Origin: Minutocellus sp. GHC0000111
Taxonomy: Eukaryota
Length of the DNA stretch: 64,000 nt
Direction of reading: 5' to 3'
Assembly (NCBI GenBank): GCA_977018835.1
Contig: OZ361257.1
Span: 4,278,001-4,342,000, forward strand
Shown: positions 47,528 through 58,800 of the stretch, one piece after another
Layout: every line of letters begins with the position of its first letter
How positions within the stretch are numbered: the stretch's first letter is position 1
Made by a program: the position numbers and the translations under genes
Notes under the pieces: generated by a model
The model's input: only the letters and a program-made list of their open reading frames with translations
Databases searched by the model: none
Told to the model about the DNA's origin: nothing

Positions 47528-48084
47528 GCATTGCTGCTATTCGATCGTCCCATTTTCGCCGGCAGCAGTAGCTGGTCCAGTATCCCTCCCCGTTGCTGCT
47601 GCTGTTGATGATGATGATGATGACAGCTCGGCGTGCCCCCCTCGAGCCAGCCGCACAGTTTCGAGGAGATGGCGGCCAAGGGATCCTCCCCCGCGTCGTT
47701 CGTGTCGTTCGCGTCGTCCGCGATGGCATCGTCGCAGCCACCGCCGCTTCTCGGACTGCCACCCCCCGCTCCAGCCCCGGCCGCAGCCGCAGCCGCAGAC
47801 ACGAGGAGAGGATTCGGAACGTCCCCGAACGCCGCGGGACGGAAGCACCGGTCGAGCAGCGCGGGCATCGCATCGTCGTCGTCACCGCCATCCACTTCCG
47901 TCGCGGCCGGTCCCGCGGAGCCACGGGCGCAGGCGCAGGCGGCCTCCTCCAACCGGGAGCGGCAGACGGCCGAGAGGGAATGGCGGAGGAACGACCGGAC
48001 CACCAGGAGCATCATCTGCTGCTGCCTTGGTTGCGAGTGCTGCTGCGGCGTCGGCACAGTCGGCACAGTCGGCATAGTCGTCAT
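45277..48084 (-). CDS. Low-complexity acidic protein with divergent HORMA (Hop1/HORMAD-like) domain and SQ/TQ clusters
   Basis: 935 aa ORF with blocks VRSFLRHSLSAVCRSR, CFRPAAFG, LCGWLEGG...ILDQL, VLERFRFS, QLRSTLRSLQDYC, LGCIDLGDRQLFVSV in HORMA order. Confidence 0.55.
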
Positions 48085-48902
48085 CTCGCCACCCTCTCGA
48101 CTTGGGGAGGAATACTAGTACTAGTGTTCTCGCCGGTGCTGGCTGGCTGCTTGGCCTTCGCCCTGCCTGCCGACTACTACGTAGTATCAGCCAGCCACGT
48201 TGCCGCCGCCGCCGAAAAGGCTGAGGTCAGGCGAGCCGAAGCGAAGCAGTCAGAATGGCTTCTGGAGGAAGTTTCCTTGAAAAATATTCGGGGTTGAGAC
48301 GTTGAGGCCAGTAGGCCTACAAAGACTCCCACAAAGCTGACTTGCTTCAGAAATAAATTGTCCACATGATGCATGCACACATAAAGCATACTAGTAGCGT
48401 AGGAGCCATTATCAGTTAGGCTACTGCTCTCTAACTAAACGCCAACTTGACTTCAGAAACCATCAACGTGAAACCGACGTCAAGATCGTAAACCATCGGA
48501 TGTAATTTCTCCGAGGGAAACCAATCGAAGCTTCGTGTCAGTCAGGCAGCAGGCCGAAAACATGGGCCTATTTTAGGCTATTTAGCTACGTAGTTACATG
48601 TACCGATGCAGTGTAAAGACGCCAGCAGCAATAATAACTTCCAGCCATAAAAGGCTCTTTTTCTGGCGAAACGGGAAACCGAAATTGTGAGCAGCACAGT
48701 TGATGCTGATCCAGAGAAATGAATTGTCCACATGATGGCCACCAGCATGCAAAGCACCATTATTCGCACCAAACCAGCAACAACGCATTTGGCAATATAC
48801 ATGTACTTTGCAAACCCAACCCGGCCATATTCAGTTGCACTGCATCTTTCTCAAACGAACCTGCGACCCCATACTACGTGTACAACAAACCACCCAGCCA
48901 AA

Positions 48903-49442
48903 ATGAAGGAGCAACACATGGCGTCGTCGTCGTCGTCGTCGTCGTCTCCTCTGCAGTCTGCAAATGATCCCAACAACTACCAAGAGACTGCCGAGGAAGA
49001 CGATGACGTCCACGCTGTCGAGCAAAGGCGCCAGATGCTAATCAGCATACTTGCCAAGGCGATGGAAATTTGGTCACCACCACTATCGTCGTCGTCGTCG
49101 TCGAATGCTGCATTTGCACCCGTCACATCCCCATCCAGACTTGGCCGTGGTGATCTGACCCATCCGCAGCACACACCACTACCGCCGGCAGCAGCAGTAG
49201 TAGAGAACCAGCGTCGTCGACGCGGCGACGTCGCCGAATTTCGATCGTTCCTTGCCGAATTTCGATCGTTCCTCGCCGCCGCCTCCCGCCATTCCCAACG
49301 CCTGCAGGACGTCCAAAGGTCTCAGCTGGAGCGTCGGGGTGTGAGTGCCATCGTTGGCATCCGTCTATCTAATGACGACGAGGGCGACGAGAGAAATGAC
49401 GAGGGGGTTGATGACGAACAAGAACATGATGAGCAAGAATAA
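48903..49442 (+). CDS. Small hypothetical protein
   Basis: ORF with poly-S, RRQMLISILAKAMEI helix, a 21-bp tandem duplication (AEFRSFL x2) and an acidic end. Confidence 0.45.
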   Translation: MKEQHMASSSSSSSSPLQSANDPNNYQETAEEDDDVHAVEQRRQMLISILAKAMEIWSPPLSSSSSSNAAFAPVTSPSRLGRGDLTHPQHTPLPPAAAVVENQRRRRGDVAEFRSFLAEFRSFLAAASRHSQRLQDVQRSQLERRGVSAIVGIRLSNDDEGDERNDEGVDDEQEHDEQE

Positions 49443-49617
49443 GCAGATGCGGTTGATGGAAGAAGGAGCCATGATTCGTCAACATTCTGTAAATTTTTGC
49501 GCATCAAACATTATAACTTGAAAAAATATGTGTCAGAAGCAGTTGCCACCTTCACGACCGACCATTACAGCATGTACCTAGGTACTTAGTCGAGTAGATC
49601 TACATCACATAAACACA

Positions 49618-49670
49618 AAGAGAGAGAGAGTGCAGCAGAGTGTGTGTGAGAGAGAGAGTGAGAGAGAGAG
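49618..49670. repeat. (GA)n/(GT)n microsatellite
   Basis: Direct reading of the sequence. Confidence 0.8.
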
Positions 49671-50159
49671 CAAGCATGTGGGGTAAAATTCACAGTGCGA
49701 GGAGATTAGCCTGCATGCGGTACAGTCCAAGGAAACAATGAGTACACGTACATGTATTTTTACCAAGAACTCTAGATCTAATTATTTGCTCTTTCGCTGA
49801 TTCGATTCATAGCATGTGCCGCAACGCAATGCTACATGTACTCTAATGGCATGCCCATGCACATGCCTTCAGACACTCTTATGTGATAACTCATGTAAAT
49901 CCTATCTCATCATAGCATCACAGATCACACGAAGGTCAGTCAGGCGCGCCTTCCTTCCATGTCCCGTCAGTCCCGTCAAAAGACAGGTAGTCTAATAGAA
50001 TAGAATAGAATGGAATGGAAATCCTATCTCTTCAAGATGACAATATACCATACCATAAACATTTACGTAGAGTTCACTACATGTATCTCTTCAAGACGAC
50101 AATTCGGTAAATGTTGATGCAGGTTTTATTTTATTTATTTATCGTCGTGGTATTCATTC

Positions 50160-50795
50160 TTATGGGGTTGTGGGTCTTGTCTTTTCGGCAAGGCTATGGG
50201 GAGACGGCATGCTTTGGCTTCTCAACACAACCGAATTCGGCTGTGCAATCGTGGAAAAGTATGGAGTTGACAGAACCCTTGCAAGAGCATAGGCGAGGAG
50301 CTCGCTGGAACTGGCCGCGCCGGTGATGGAGGCATCAGGCTGGGCCCTCGTGGCGGCAAGATCGGCGGCATCAAAAGTAAGATGCTGAGATGCGGCAGCG
50401 AGACGATCGCCGTCGTAGTATCCGGCGTCCCATTGATCATCCTGTTCGTCGAGGACAGAATCAATGACGCGAGCTCGGTCTTCTTTGCGCTGCTGCGCTA
50501 CGGCGGAGCTGGTCATGTGCTCGAGGCCACGATCGCAAAAGTCGTCGCATTGGCGGTCGGCGGTGCTGCCAGTGCGCATGACGGTGATGGTCTTGACGAG
50601 GTCGTCGGCGTTTCGCTTCTCATCGGCCTCGGTGGAGAAGCAGGCATCGCGTTCTTCCTGGCTGTAGGATGAGATGTCCGGGACGAGGTAAATTCGAGTG
50701 CTTCGACTGAAGTTTACTGAAACAGAATGATTGTTGGTGATCGAGGCACGTGTCGTCGACGTGCGTTTGCTTGTCTTGAGGATGGAAGTTGGCAT
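50160..50795 (-). CDS. Diatom-typical CxRGLE-motif orphan protein
   Basis: MPTSILK, VNFS, YSQEERDACF, FCDRGLEH, VIDSVLDEQDDQ, AATRAQPDA. Confidence 0.7.
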   Translation of the reverse strand: MPTSILKTSKRTSTTRASITNNHSVSVNFSRSTRIYLVPDISSYSQEERDACFSTEADEKRNADDLVKTITVMRTGSTADRQCDDFCDRGLEHMTSSAVAQQRKEDRARVIDSVLDEQDDQWDAGYYDGDRLAAASQHLTFDAADLAATRAQPDASITGAASSSELLAYALARVLSTPYFSTIAQPNSVVLRSQSMPSPHSLAEKTRPTTP

Positions 50796-51426
50796 TGTTG
50801 ATATGGTAAGTGAGGTTATCTGCAGATGGAAAGGAATAGGATGGAAGGAACAGTTGCTTGTTGGTGCAAAGTAAGTTGTGAGGAACATGCAAGACTTGCG
50901 CGCAGGTTGCAACGTTAATGTGTGCCGGAGAAAGTAGGCAGGGCGATGGGAGCCGGAGAATTAGCCGCATGGCGGGACAGCCAAGGAAAGAGAGGCCGAT
51001 AATATTTTTTCTTTGGTGACGCAGGAAAAACAGATGGCGAACATGAGTGGTATTGTTCAATTCAGAAGGTGGAGGGGTGCCACAGCTGCAATGAGGTGAC
51101 GTATTGGAAAGAGAAGAGGCTCCTAGAAACCAGAAACGGCGACGGGAATAGTTTATGTTACTCCGTCCGTGTTGACTAAAAACTCCGGTAAAAGAATGCA
51201 AAAGAACATAAATTTGAAATCGCTCTACTATCGGAGAAGACATCATAACATAAGTCACGTCTTTCTTTTGTAGGCCTTCTGGGAAAGTTGTGCAGATGCT
51301 ACGAAGTAGATCAATAGGTAGTGGACTCACCATTTCTTAGTGGCTCATGATAGTATCATGACGTACGTAGAATTCGTTGCGTGCCTAGCTACGTACGTAG
51401 CTAATGCCAAACACGCGTACCTACTA

Positions 51427-53744
51427 CGAAGTCCGTTTCGCGAGAAATCGAGCGCAGGGCCGGGACCAAAAAATGTCGAACCCGGACACGGACACATGCA
51501 TGTAAAGCCGGAACCATCAAAACTGACAAGAGAGCACTACACATGCATGTACGGCATGTGTGTGTAGTAGCACAAATATAGCTCGAATCTAAATAATCTA
51601 GTATTATTTTAAACATAACATAACTTAAAAGCACCGCAGGACTAATTATCCATGGTTGGATCAGCAGGAGGAGCGATAATTTTCCCATCTATCCGAACCA
51701 TGCCATTTTCAGTCGGCCTGAAATCCTTTCGCACCCCAACATGAATGCCTTCACCGTTTCCAAGAAAATCATTGTTGCCTTTTGCAACGATTACCTTCTT
51801 TGCAATTCTATGAGCCTGGATGCATGCCGATGCGATCTTCCAGTTTTCCAGCCCCATCCAAACTTCCTCCGCTGCATCCCAAGTCTGATCTTCTGTCAAA
51901 ACCTTCAGCCCCTCCCGATCGCGGCTCAACATTGTATGCCGCTTTGACATGCAAGGGAAAACAGACAGATCAAGAACATTCATATGGGGCATTTGCGGGG
52001 CCTGAGGTTCCCAACGCCATCCCTTGTCCCGACAGCATCCTTCCACATATTCCACAAATTCAGTCTCGGCATGGGGCCCAGCATTGTCGCCCTGAAAAAT
52101 AGGGACATAGCCTTCAAACTTTCCACCAGGTCCGACCAAAGCCTCAACATCCGGAAACATCTTGTTCTCAAATAAAGCTTTCAGTGGGAACTTGGGATTA
52201 TCAAGGGTGCCATGGCTGCATCCAGTCACCGCGCAATCCACAAGGTATAGATCGTCTTTCTTCCGAACCACCGGGCCGCAATATTTGATTCTACCATCTG
52301 CCTGCCGCACCGCCTCCCTTACCATCTGCCTCGCAATTTTATGCGCCTGAGCCCGAAAAAGTCCAAGCTTGAACGCAATGCCGCCATTCTCAATGCTGTC
52401 AATAAAAGCCAAGGCAGTGACAGCCACCACCATGCACTTGTTGATGTGATTTCGGTGATATGCCGAGAAGGACCGAGGATCAACACCCAATTCTGCAACT
52501 TGCTTGGCATACGATCGAAGAACCAAGCCCCAAAACCACTTCTCATCGAACATAATAAGGAGAAACTTGCCACCGCCGAGCCCCCAATTGTTTCGGAATT
52601 TCCGCGCAAATACCAAATGTTTCTCCATCTGATGGGTAGTAAGGAGAGGGATGATCCTTTCGGCATAGTACCGGAACCCTTCCCGCGACATTATCCACCG
52701 CCGTATTGCCGAGTAGGAACACCAATAGTTGACATCAACCTCCAGCTCCCGCCAAGATTCCCGAGGATTTCGTATCAGAGCATCAACAATAACATCTCGA
52801 ATGTATGGCTGCATAGCCAGATGAGATCTCCTCTTCATCTCCCACATTGCCTTCTCAGATGCAGGTAGAGCACCATACGCCTTCATCCATCCCGAAAATC
52901 GTGCACCATGCTCTGCGCTGGACAGCACCGAATAGTCCACCTTTGCCTGCTCCCTGCACTTGGCAATTGCAAAGAGACATGGTGCAGTATACCGCCGGGT
53001 CGCCGTTGCAAGATCGTCGATGACAGAACGGAAGGCGGCCGAATCAGATGAATCATCGGCACTCGTTGGGAAGCAGTATACCGGTCCAAGTATGCCGATC
53101 GCGTCATCGAAATGCTCAGCTTCGACTTCCGCCCGAGACACAAATGGATTGAACACATGCTCACCGCTGTCTTGGCCATCATCATTGACCAGGAGAAAAC
53201 TCTCAAGATTGACGGGCCCGAGGATTTTGAGAAGCACATGCTCCTCAATGTCGTCAGTCGACTCGTCTGCCGGGCGATAAGGGCCGAGAACATGCCCCTC
53301 GACATGGATGATGTCGTGGCAATAACTGAATCGGTGTGGACGACAAGGCCGCGGAGATGTTCCACTCCTCAGTTACCTTCATCTACAAGTTCAACGGCGT
53401 GAAGCGGGAGCTAAAGAAGCTCAAGCTCATCCCGGATTGGCTGTGGTGCGAGATCCGGGACGAATGCATCGTACTGCCGATCCGAGGCGAGTATCATGCC
53501 ATCGTTCAAGATGAAGACGAGATGGAGGCCGAACCGTCGCGTCGCACGAACGCGTCCATTTGATTAGAGCCGCTGAAATCTAAAGTCTTATCCGAATTAT
53601 TGTTTCACATGAAGATAAATCAAAATTAGAGTAAAAATAGCCATTCTCTTAAATACTTCAGCATGACTATTCTTCGAGGCGCTTTTCAATCCCCTCGAAA
53701 GCAGTCAAAAACCGGGCGCTCGATTTCTCGCGAATCTGACCTCG
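51427..53744 (-). mobile_element. Tc1/mariner DNA transposon copy 2 (2318 bp), inverted relative to copy 1
   Basis: Same TIR pair, TA on both sides, near-identical transposase. Confidence 0.93.
51642..53237 (-). CDS. Mariner-type transposase, copy 2
   Basis: FDEKWF, QGDNAGPH, MNVLDLSVFP; few substitutions versus copy 1; 2-nt insertion near 53338 upstream. Confidence 0.88.
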   Translation of the reverse strand: MLLKILGPVNLESFLLVNDDGQDSGEHVFNPFVSRAEVEAEHFDDAIGILGPVYCFPTSADDSSDSAAFRSVIDDLATATRRYTAPCLFAIAKCREQAKVDYSVLSSAEHGARFSGWMKAYGALPASEKAMWEMKRRSHLAMQPYIRDVIVDALIRNPRESWRELEVDVNYWCSYSAIRRWIMSREGFRYYAERIIPLLTTHQMEKHLVFARKFRNNWGLGGGKFLLIMFDEKWFWGLVLRSYAKQVAELGVDPRSFSAYHRNHINKCMVVAVTALAFIDSIENGGIAFKLGLFRAQAHKIARQMVREAVRQADGRIKYCGPVVRKKDDLYLVDCAVTGCSHGTLDNPKFPLKALFENKMFPDVEALVGPGGKFEGYVPIFQGDNAGPHAETEFVEYVEGCCRDKGWRWEPQAPQMPHMNVLDLSVFPCMSKRHTMLSRDREGLKVLTEDQTWDAAEEVWMGLENWKIASACIQAHRIAKKVIVAKGNNDFLGNGEGIHVGVRKDFRPTENGMVRIDGKIIAPPADPTMDN

Positions 53745-54009
53745 TACGTGTACGAGTACTACTACTGTAGGCCTAGTACGTGGGTGCAGAGGTACCGATA
53801 GTATCTAACATGGACGACAAGAACTCGAAGAAGGCAGAGATGGCAAGAAGATGGCGGGTGGAAAGCATACCGCGCACCTTGACTTCGAACGCGGGAGGTA
53901 CTATTTCCCTTCGCAGAGCAGCAGTACGTAATACAGGCAGACGTCTGAAATCCTACTGAAATTTATTCTTTGCCCCAGATATCCCTTCGTCGCTGCCGTC
54001 ACCTTTACA

Positions 54010-55634
54010 ATGGTGTGCAAGCACCCGGCCTTGGGGGTCGTGGCAATTCTCGTCGTCTTCGTCCAGCGCCTACTATGGAAGCAGACGCAATTCATCGGCG
54101 TATTGTTTCCATCTCTATGCGATGTCTCATCCTCCTCCGTTTCTATAACCATCAACAAAAACAACACCGCCCAGTATGCCCTGAATGCCCAGTGCAACTT
54201 TTTCCTCGCGGAAAGTTCCATCCCCAAGAGTGGTCTCGGTGTCTACACGGCGATTGACATTCCCAAGGATCACCCAGCCCAGCCCACGCCAGACCTTTGT
54301 CTATACGTGACCGACGCCAAGGTGGGCAAATCCGAGACGCCCACACATACGTGGCAGGACTATCGGTTCGGACCCGGGCCGCCTGCCAGGGCCTCGTGAC
54401 GTTGTTCAATAGCATGCCCCACGAGCAATATGCCTCGGCCCGTCCGGCGGCGGTGCCGGAATTGATCCATACGCATGGGGGGCTGCGCCGGCAGGACTCG
54501 CCCGGTGCCGGTGCCATTACGCATTACTTTGGGGCCTCGTCCAAAACTCTGAGGGATGTTCCGGCGGGCACCGAGTTGACACTTTGGGATGGGACGTGGG
54601 ATGAAAGTAGCGGCGACAATGACGACGACGATGATGATGGCACTGGCAATAGCGAGGATGATAAACCTGATGATGGTGGCGATGATGCCGTTCCGCTGAT
54701 CCGTTCCATAGATTGGTTGCGAAATCATGGCATGTGCATCGATCACATTCGACCGGGCCAGTCGAACATTCCAGATGCGGGCAGGGGAGCCTTCGCGTCT
54801 AGATCACTACCCAAGGGGTCGGTAGTGGTGCCGTCACCCCTCCAACTGTTCCGAGATTGGGATGAGTTTGCCAAGAAGAAGGGCAAGCAACGAATGGTTG
54901 AGGAGTTATTTGTCAACTACTGTTTTCAGCCACGGGGGAGCAAGATGCTGCTGTATCCTTATGGAGCAGGCCTTGGGCTGATCAATCACAGCAGCGACAA
55001 TCCAAACGTGGAAATTCGGTGGTCGACCTCCCACATGAATCATGCGGAGCAATGGCTCGACTTGCCCATGGATCAGTTTTGGCACATGCAGTATCCTGGG
55101 GCCCTAATGATCGAAGCGGTGGCAATACGCGACATAGTTGAAGGGGAAGAGATTCTAATGAGTTATGGAACCGAGTGGGAGGACGCGTGGAATGAGCACG
55201 AAAAGCATTGGAAACCTCCGAGCAGCGCGAAAGATTACGTGTACCCGGCGGAGATGGATCTGACAAAACCCTTTCGTACCGTGAAAGAGCAAACGAAGAA
55301 TCCCTACGCCCCAAATCTCATTATGATGTGCAATACATTTAGTCTGGATCGAAAGGACAACACCAATGTAAGATGGAGGCCGAATGATGTCGATTGGCCA
55401 CAGAATTTGGTCGATTGTGAGGTGTTGGCCCGGACAAAGACCACGCAAGGCTTGTACGTGTATAATGTTTCGCTATGGAATGATTGGGAGGCTGATTACT
55501 TCGAGTACAACGTGCCACAGGAGGCTATCTCGTTTTTCGATCGGCCATATCAAAGCGACCAACATTTGAAGAATGCCTTTCGGCATCCCATGGTGTTTCC
55601 TGGTGCGATGACGCCGTCTCAGTGGAGAAAATGA
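54010..55634 (+). CDS. Secreted/ER double-SET-domain methyltransferase (BacSET-like); frameshift or deletion at ~54370
   Basis: Hydrophobic N-terminus; LAESSIPKSGLGVYT...SPGAGA...RDVPAGTEL (SET1); SNIPDAGRGAFA...LINHS...RDIVEGEEILMSYG (SET2); FRHPM.FP tail. Confidence 0.82.
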
Positions 55635-55843
55635 TGTCCAGTAGGGCTAATTGCAGTGGGTTTCCACCCCTTCGTTCGAGCATTACTGCGATGGATCATT
55701 TGTGCCGGTTTGAAAAAGGGCTTTCAAGGACGCAAAGCACTCTCCCGTGGGTGGGCTCAAAAACTAACTACTAGTCTAGTAGAAATTTCTACGTACGTTG
55801 CTATCGATTTGTACACCCCCAGCCGGCGTATGATTCTTCCAGT

Positions 55844-58800
55844 TCAAACTCCTTGTTGGTCGGCAAGTCTCTTCGCTGCTTCAATTGCATCAGCGATGTC
55901 GGCGATGGTTTGAGCAGATACCAAGTCGGCGGCGGTGATCGTAAAGTCCAGCTTTTTCTTGGAGAACGCCTTGTTTAGGGAGGCTACGAGGGCAGGTACG
56001 GCAATCGACGCCAGTCCGCAATCTTCCAATGTAAATTCTAACTTCGGCTCTATGCCTGTCAATCCCTCTATTATGCCCAGCAGAAGCTGAGCAATATCTT
56101 CATTATCGATCCCGTCAGTTTCCTCCTCCCCTTTGACTTGAACCCAGAGCTTCCACAGCAGTTCACCGGTAGCGGACTGAATGGAGTTCATTGCGTGGGA
56201 GAAGAAGACCACAAGGACAACTACAAAGAAGTACTCATACCACTGCACGGGGCAAGGAGCGGGGCTGAACCAGTACATCTTCTTGCGGTAATTCCACCAA
56301 TTCCAAAACGACCCAAATCTTGTGACAGCGAAGTACCACTGAGCGACAACTTGGTGAAAAAGAAAACAATTGTACGCGTGAGGAGAAAGTGTGGCCGACA
56401 AAAAGTCCCAACGGAAGAATTGCGCAGTCCAACCTTGGCCAGAACTTAGGGCAAATATCCATAGCGTAGTCAAGGGACAAAACATTCGCGCGTTTCCTGC
56501 ATCCCAGATGCGATTGGTAGCAGCTGTATCGGACCATCTTTTATGGGGATGGAAGAGGAGGGAGGAGGGATAGAAAGTGAAAGCGAAGAAAAGGATGGCT
56601 TAAGTTTCTTGTTTCTTATTTCTGGCTGTTTGACTTGAGAGGCCCAAAAGTAATGCAATTAAATACTTCTCGCATGCATGCTATGAAGAGTGTTCAGGAC
56701 TTACTGATTCGCTTCTTCGGGTCGCATGTACATTTCCAAGCCAGGATTTGATGTATACGTTGACTTGCCTTGGCAAATGTACGCTAGGCTAAAGGTAATG
56801 AGAATGACTGAGCAGCCATCTGCAACCCAGCCCCAGCGTCTAGCGTTGTGTCTCTCAGCAGGCCGGTATGCATCGTAGAGAAATGCGGCGACAGCTCCTA
56901 TGACAAAATAGAGCGCCCAGAAGGGACCAAAGAGATAAAAGCTGAGAATCGCGATGTTATGATTTCTCGCCTCCACATTTTCATCGACAATGTCGAAGCT
57001 TGATCCTCCCCTGAACGCAAACCAAGCGCTCACTAAAATTGCCGCATTGCAAATCATCAGAGCAACGATAATCGTAATCAAGAGTCGGATCTTATTTCGC
57101 GCTCGATTGAAGAGGGCATTGTATGTGATGGGGTAAAATGCAAGGCACTGGTAATACATGGAGGAGAACCACAGATAGTAGCCAAGCCACCAATTGAAGA
57201 ACCACGTAGGAGTTACAGCCAACTACGTAATGCATGTAGATACGTGCAAGAGAAAATAAGTACAATGCGTGTGTGCAAGTGAGTGGCGAATGCGAGGAAA
57301 TATTGACAATGGTGATACAACACATATATTGCGCAATTGCTGCGACGTTGGTCAACTTACCCCAAATAAGTAAACTACAATGGTCGAAAATAAACTACCC
57401 CAGTAAGAACTTGGGGTAGCCGGAGTACCCTCACAGAAAAGGGGGGCGGGAGATCCGTCCTCAAGGACAAGGTCATCAGGCTGTGCATTCCAGTGGAAGG
57501 TTGGCCGAAATGTGGCTGGACGGCACACAACCAAACAACAAAGAGAACAGATACATGGGGTACATAGACCACATCTTGGCCTTGAAGTACGAAAATTTCT
57601 TCTGAATGGTTGGATTCATCGGTGAGGCCATGCTGTAGCCACCAAGGGTAAAGAAGACATGGACGTGCCACGGGAAGCCTCGCAAGTTGTTGACCTTACC
57701 CCAGCTCTCGGCACTTCCAATATGCATAAACATTACGTAACATGCGAGAAGGAAGCGTAAACGACCAAGGCATGCCCAGTCAATCTTTGCTTTTGACATT
57801 GAGGAATCTTTAGCGACCACGTTGGTAGGATCGAGACCGAGCTTGGTAGAGAGACCGATCCTTATCACTTTCTTTGTTTTAGTCCGTGGTAGATCTTCTT
57901 CTTTGACGATAGCCCACTTTGATGGCCACTTGAAGGGGGCAATGTTCGCTTTCTTGAGGAAAGTGCGCATCATGATTGTAATGTCTTGTAGGTTTATGGA
58001 AGTCGGGGCATCTGGCGAAAGGACAAGTGCGCAGCCAACTTCCTCGCCGTAGAGCCTACTTGGAATAGAGAAACATACTGGAGTCTGGATCCAAGCATGA
58101 TTAAGGAGGGGATCCTCGATCTCGAATGGTGAAATCTATTCTCCTCCCTTCTTGATAAGTTCTTTTGCACGGCCCTTAAGATATAGGAACCCGTCCTTGT
58201 CTAGGACTCCGACATCGCCAGTCAAAAAATACCGACCTCCTCGCGCGCAGTCGCCAATAACGTCGCCTGCCGCAACACTAAGCGTGAGTTCAAAGTAGGA
58301 CTTGCGATTGGCATCATTGTTCTGAAAGTATTCCTCGAGAACTGTTGGTCCGGAAATTGCTATCTCTCCCTCCTCGCCAAAAGGTAGAGGGCGCAGAGTA
58401 CTTCTTGAAACAACAGCTATCGACGCAGCTACTGGAACCCCAACAGAACCTGGTTTCTCCACAAGAATGTTGCCTCTACCAAGCGGTGGCTGAGATATCG
58501 GCATTTGCTCGCTCATTGAGTAGGTAGGATATACTGGCACACCTCCGTACGCCTCGGCGAGAGCCTTTCCATCAGGGCCAAGTAAAGCTGCTGCTCCACT
58601 TCGTATCATCCGCAACGAATGACCCTTCTTCCAGATTCCATTCGCATCAATGCCCATTTCAGCATACTTGGGATCAAGGGCAGCTACGTCCTTGAGGAAA
58701 GAAACGGTGGAATTATGAATGGTGGGGACGGCACTATACCAAGTTGGCTGAGGCCGAGACAATGCAAGAGCTTTTACCATACCCTCAGGGTTGAATGGCT

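Noticed and set aside
51240..51333. Ankyrin-like fragment PIDLLRSICTTFPEGLQKKD
   Set aside because: Single short fragment with no continuing gene.
6283..58138. Stop-codon reassignment, selenocysteine or programmed frameshifting to explain in-frame TGA/TAG
   Set aside because: Only four stops of two types, alongside many random indels. TGA and TAG also end normal genes, and no common slippery motif is seen.
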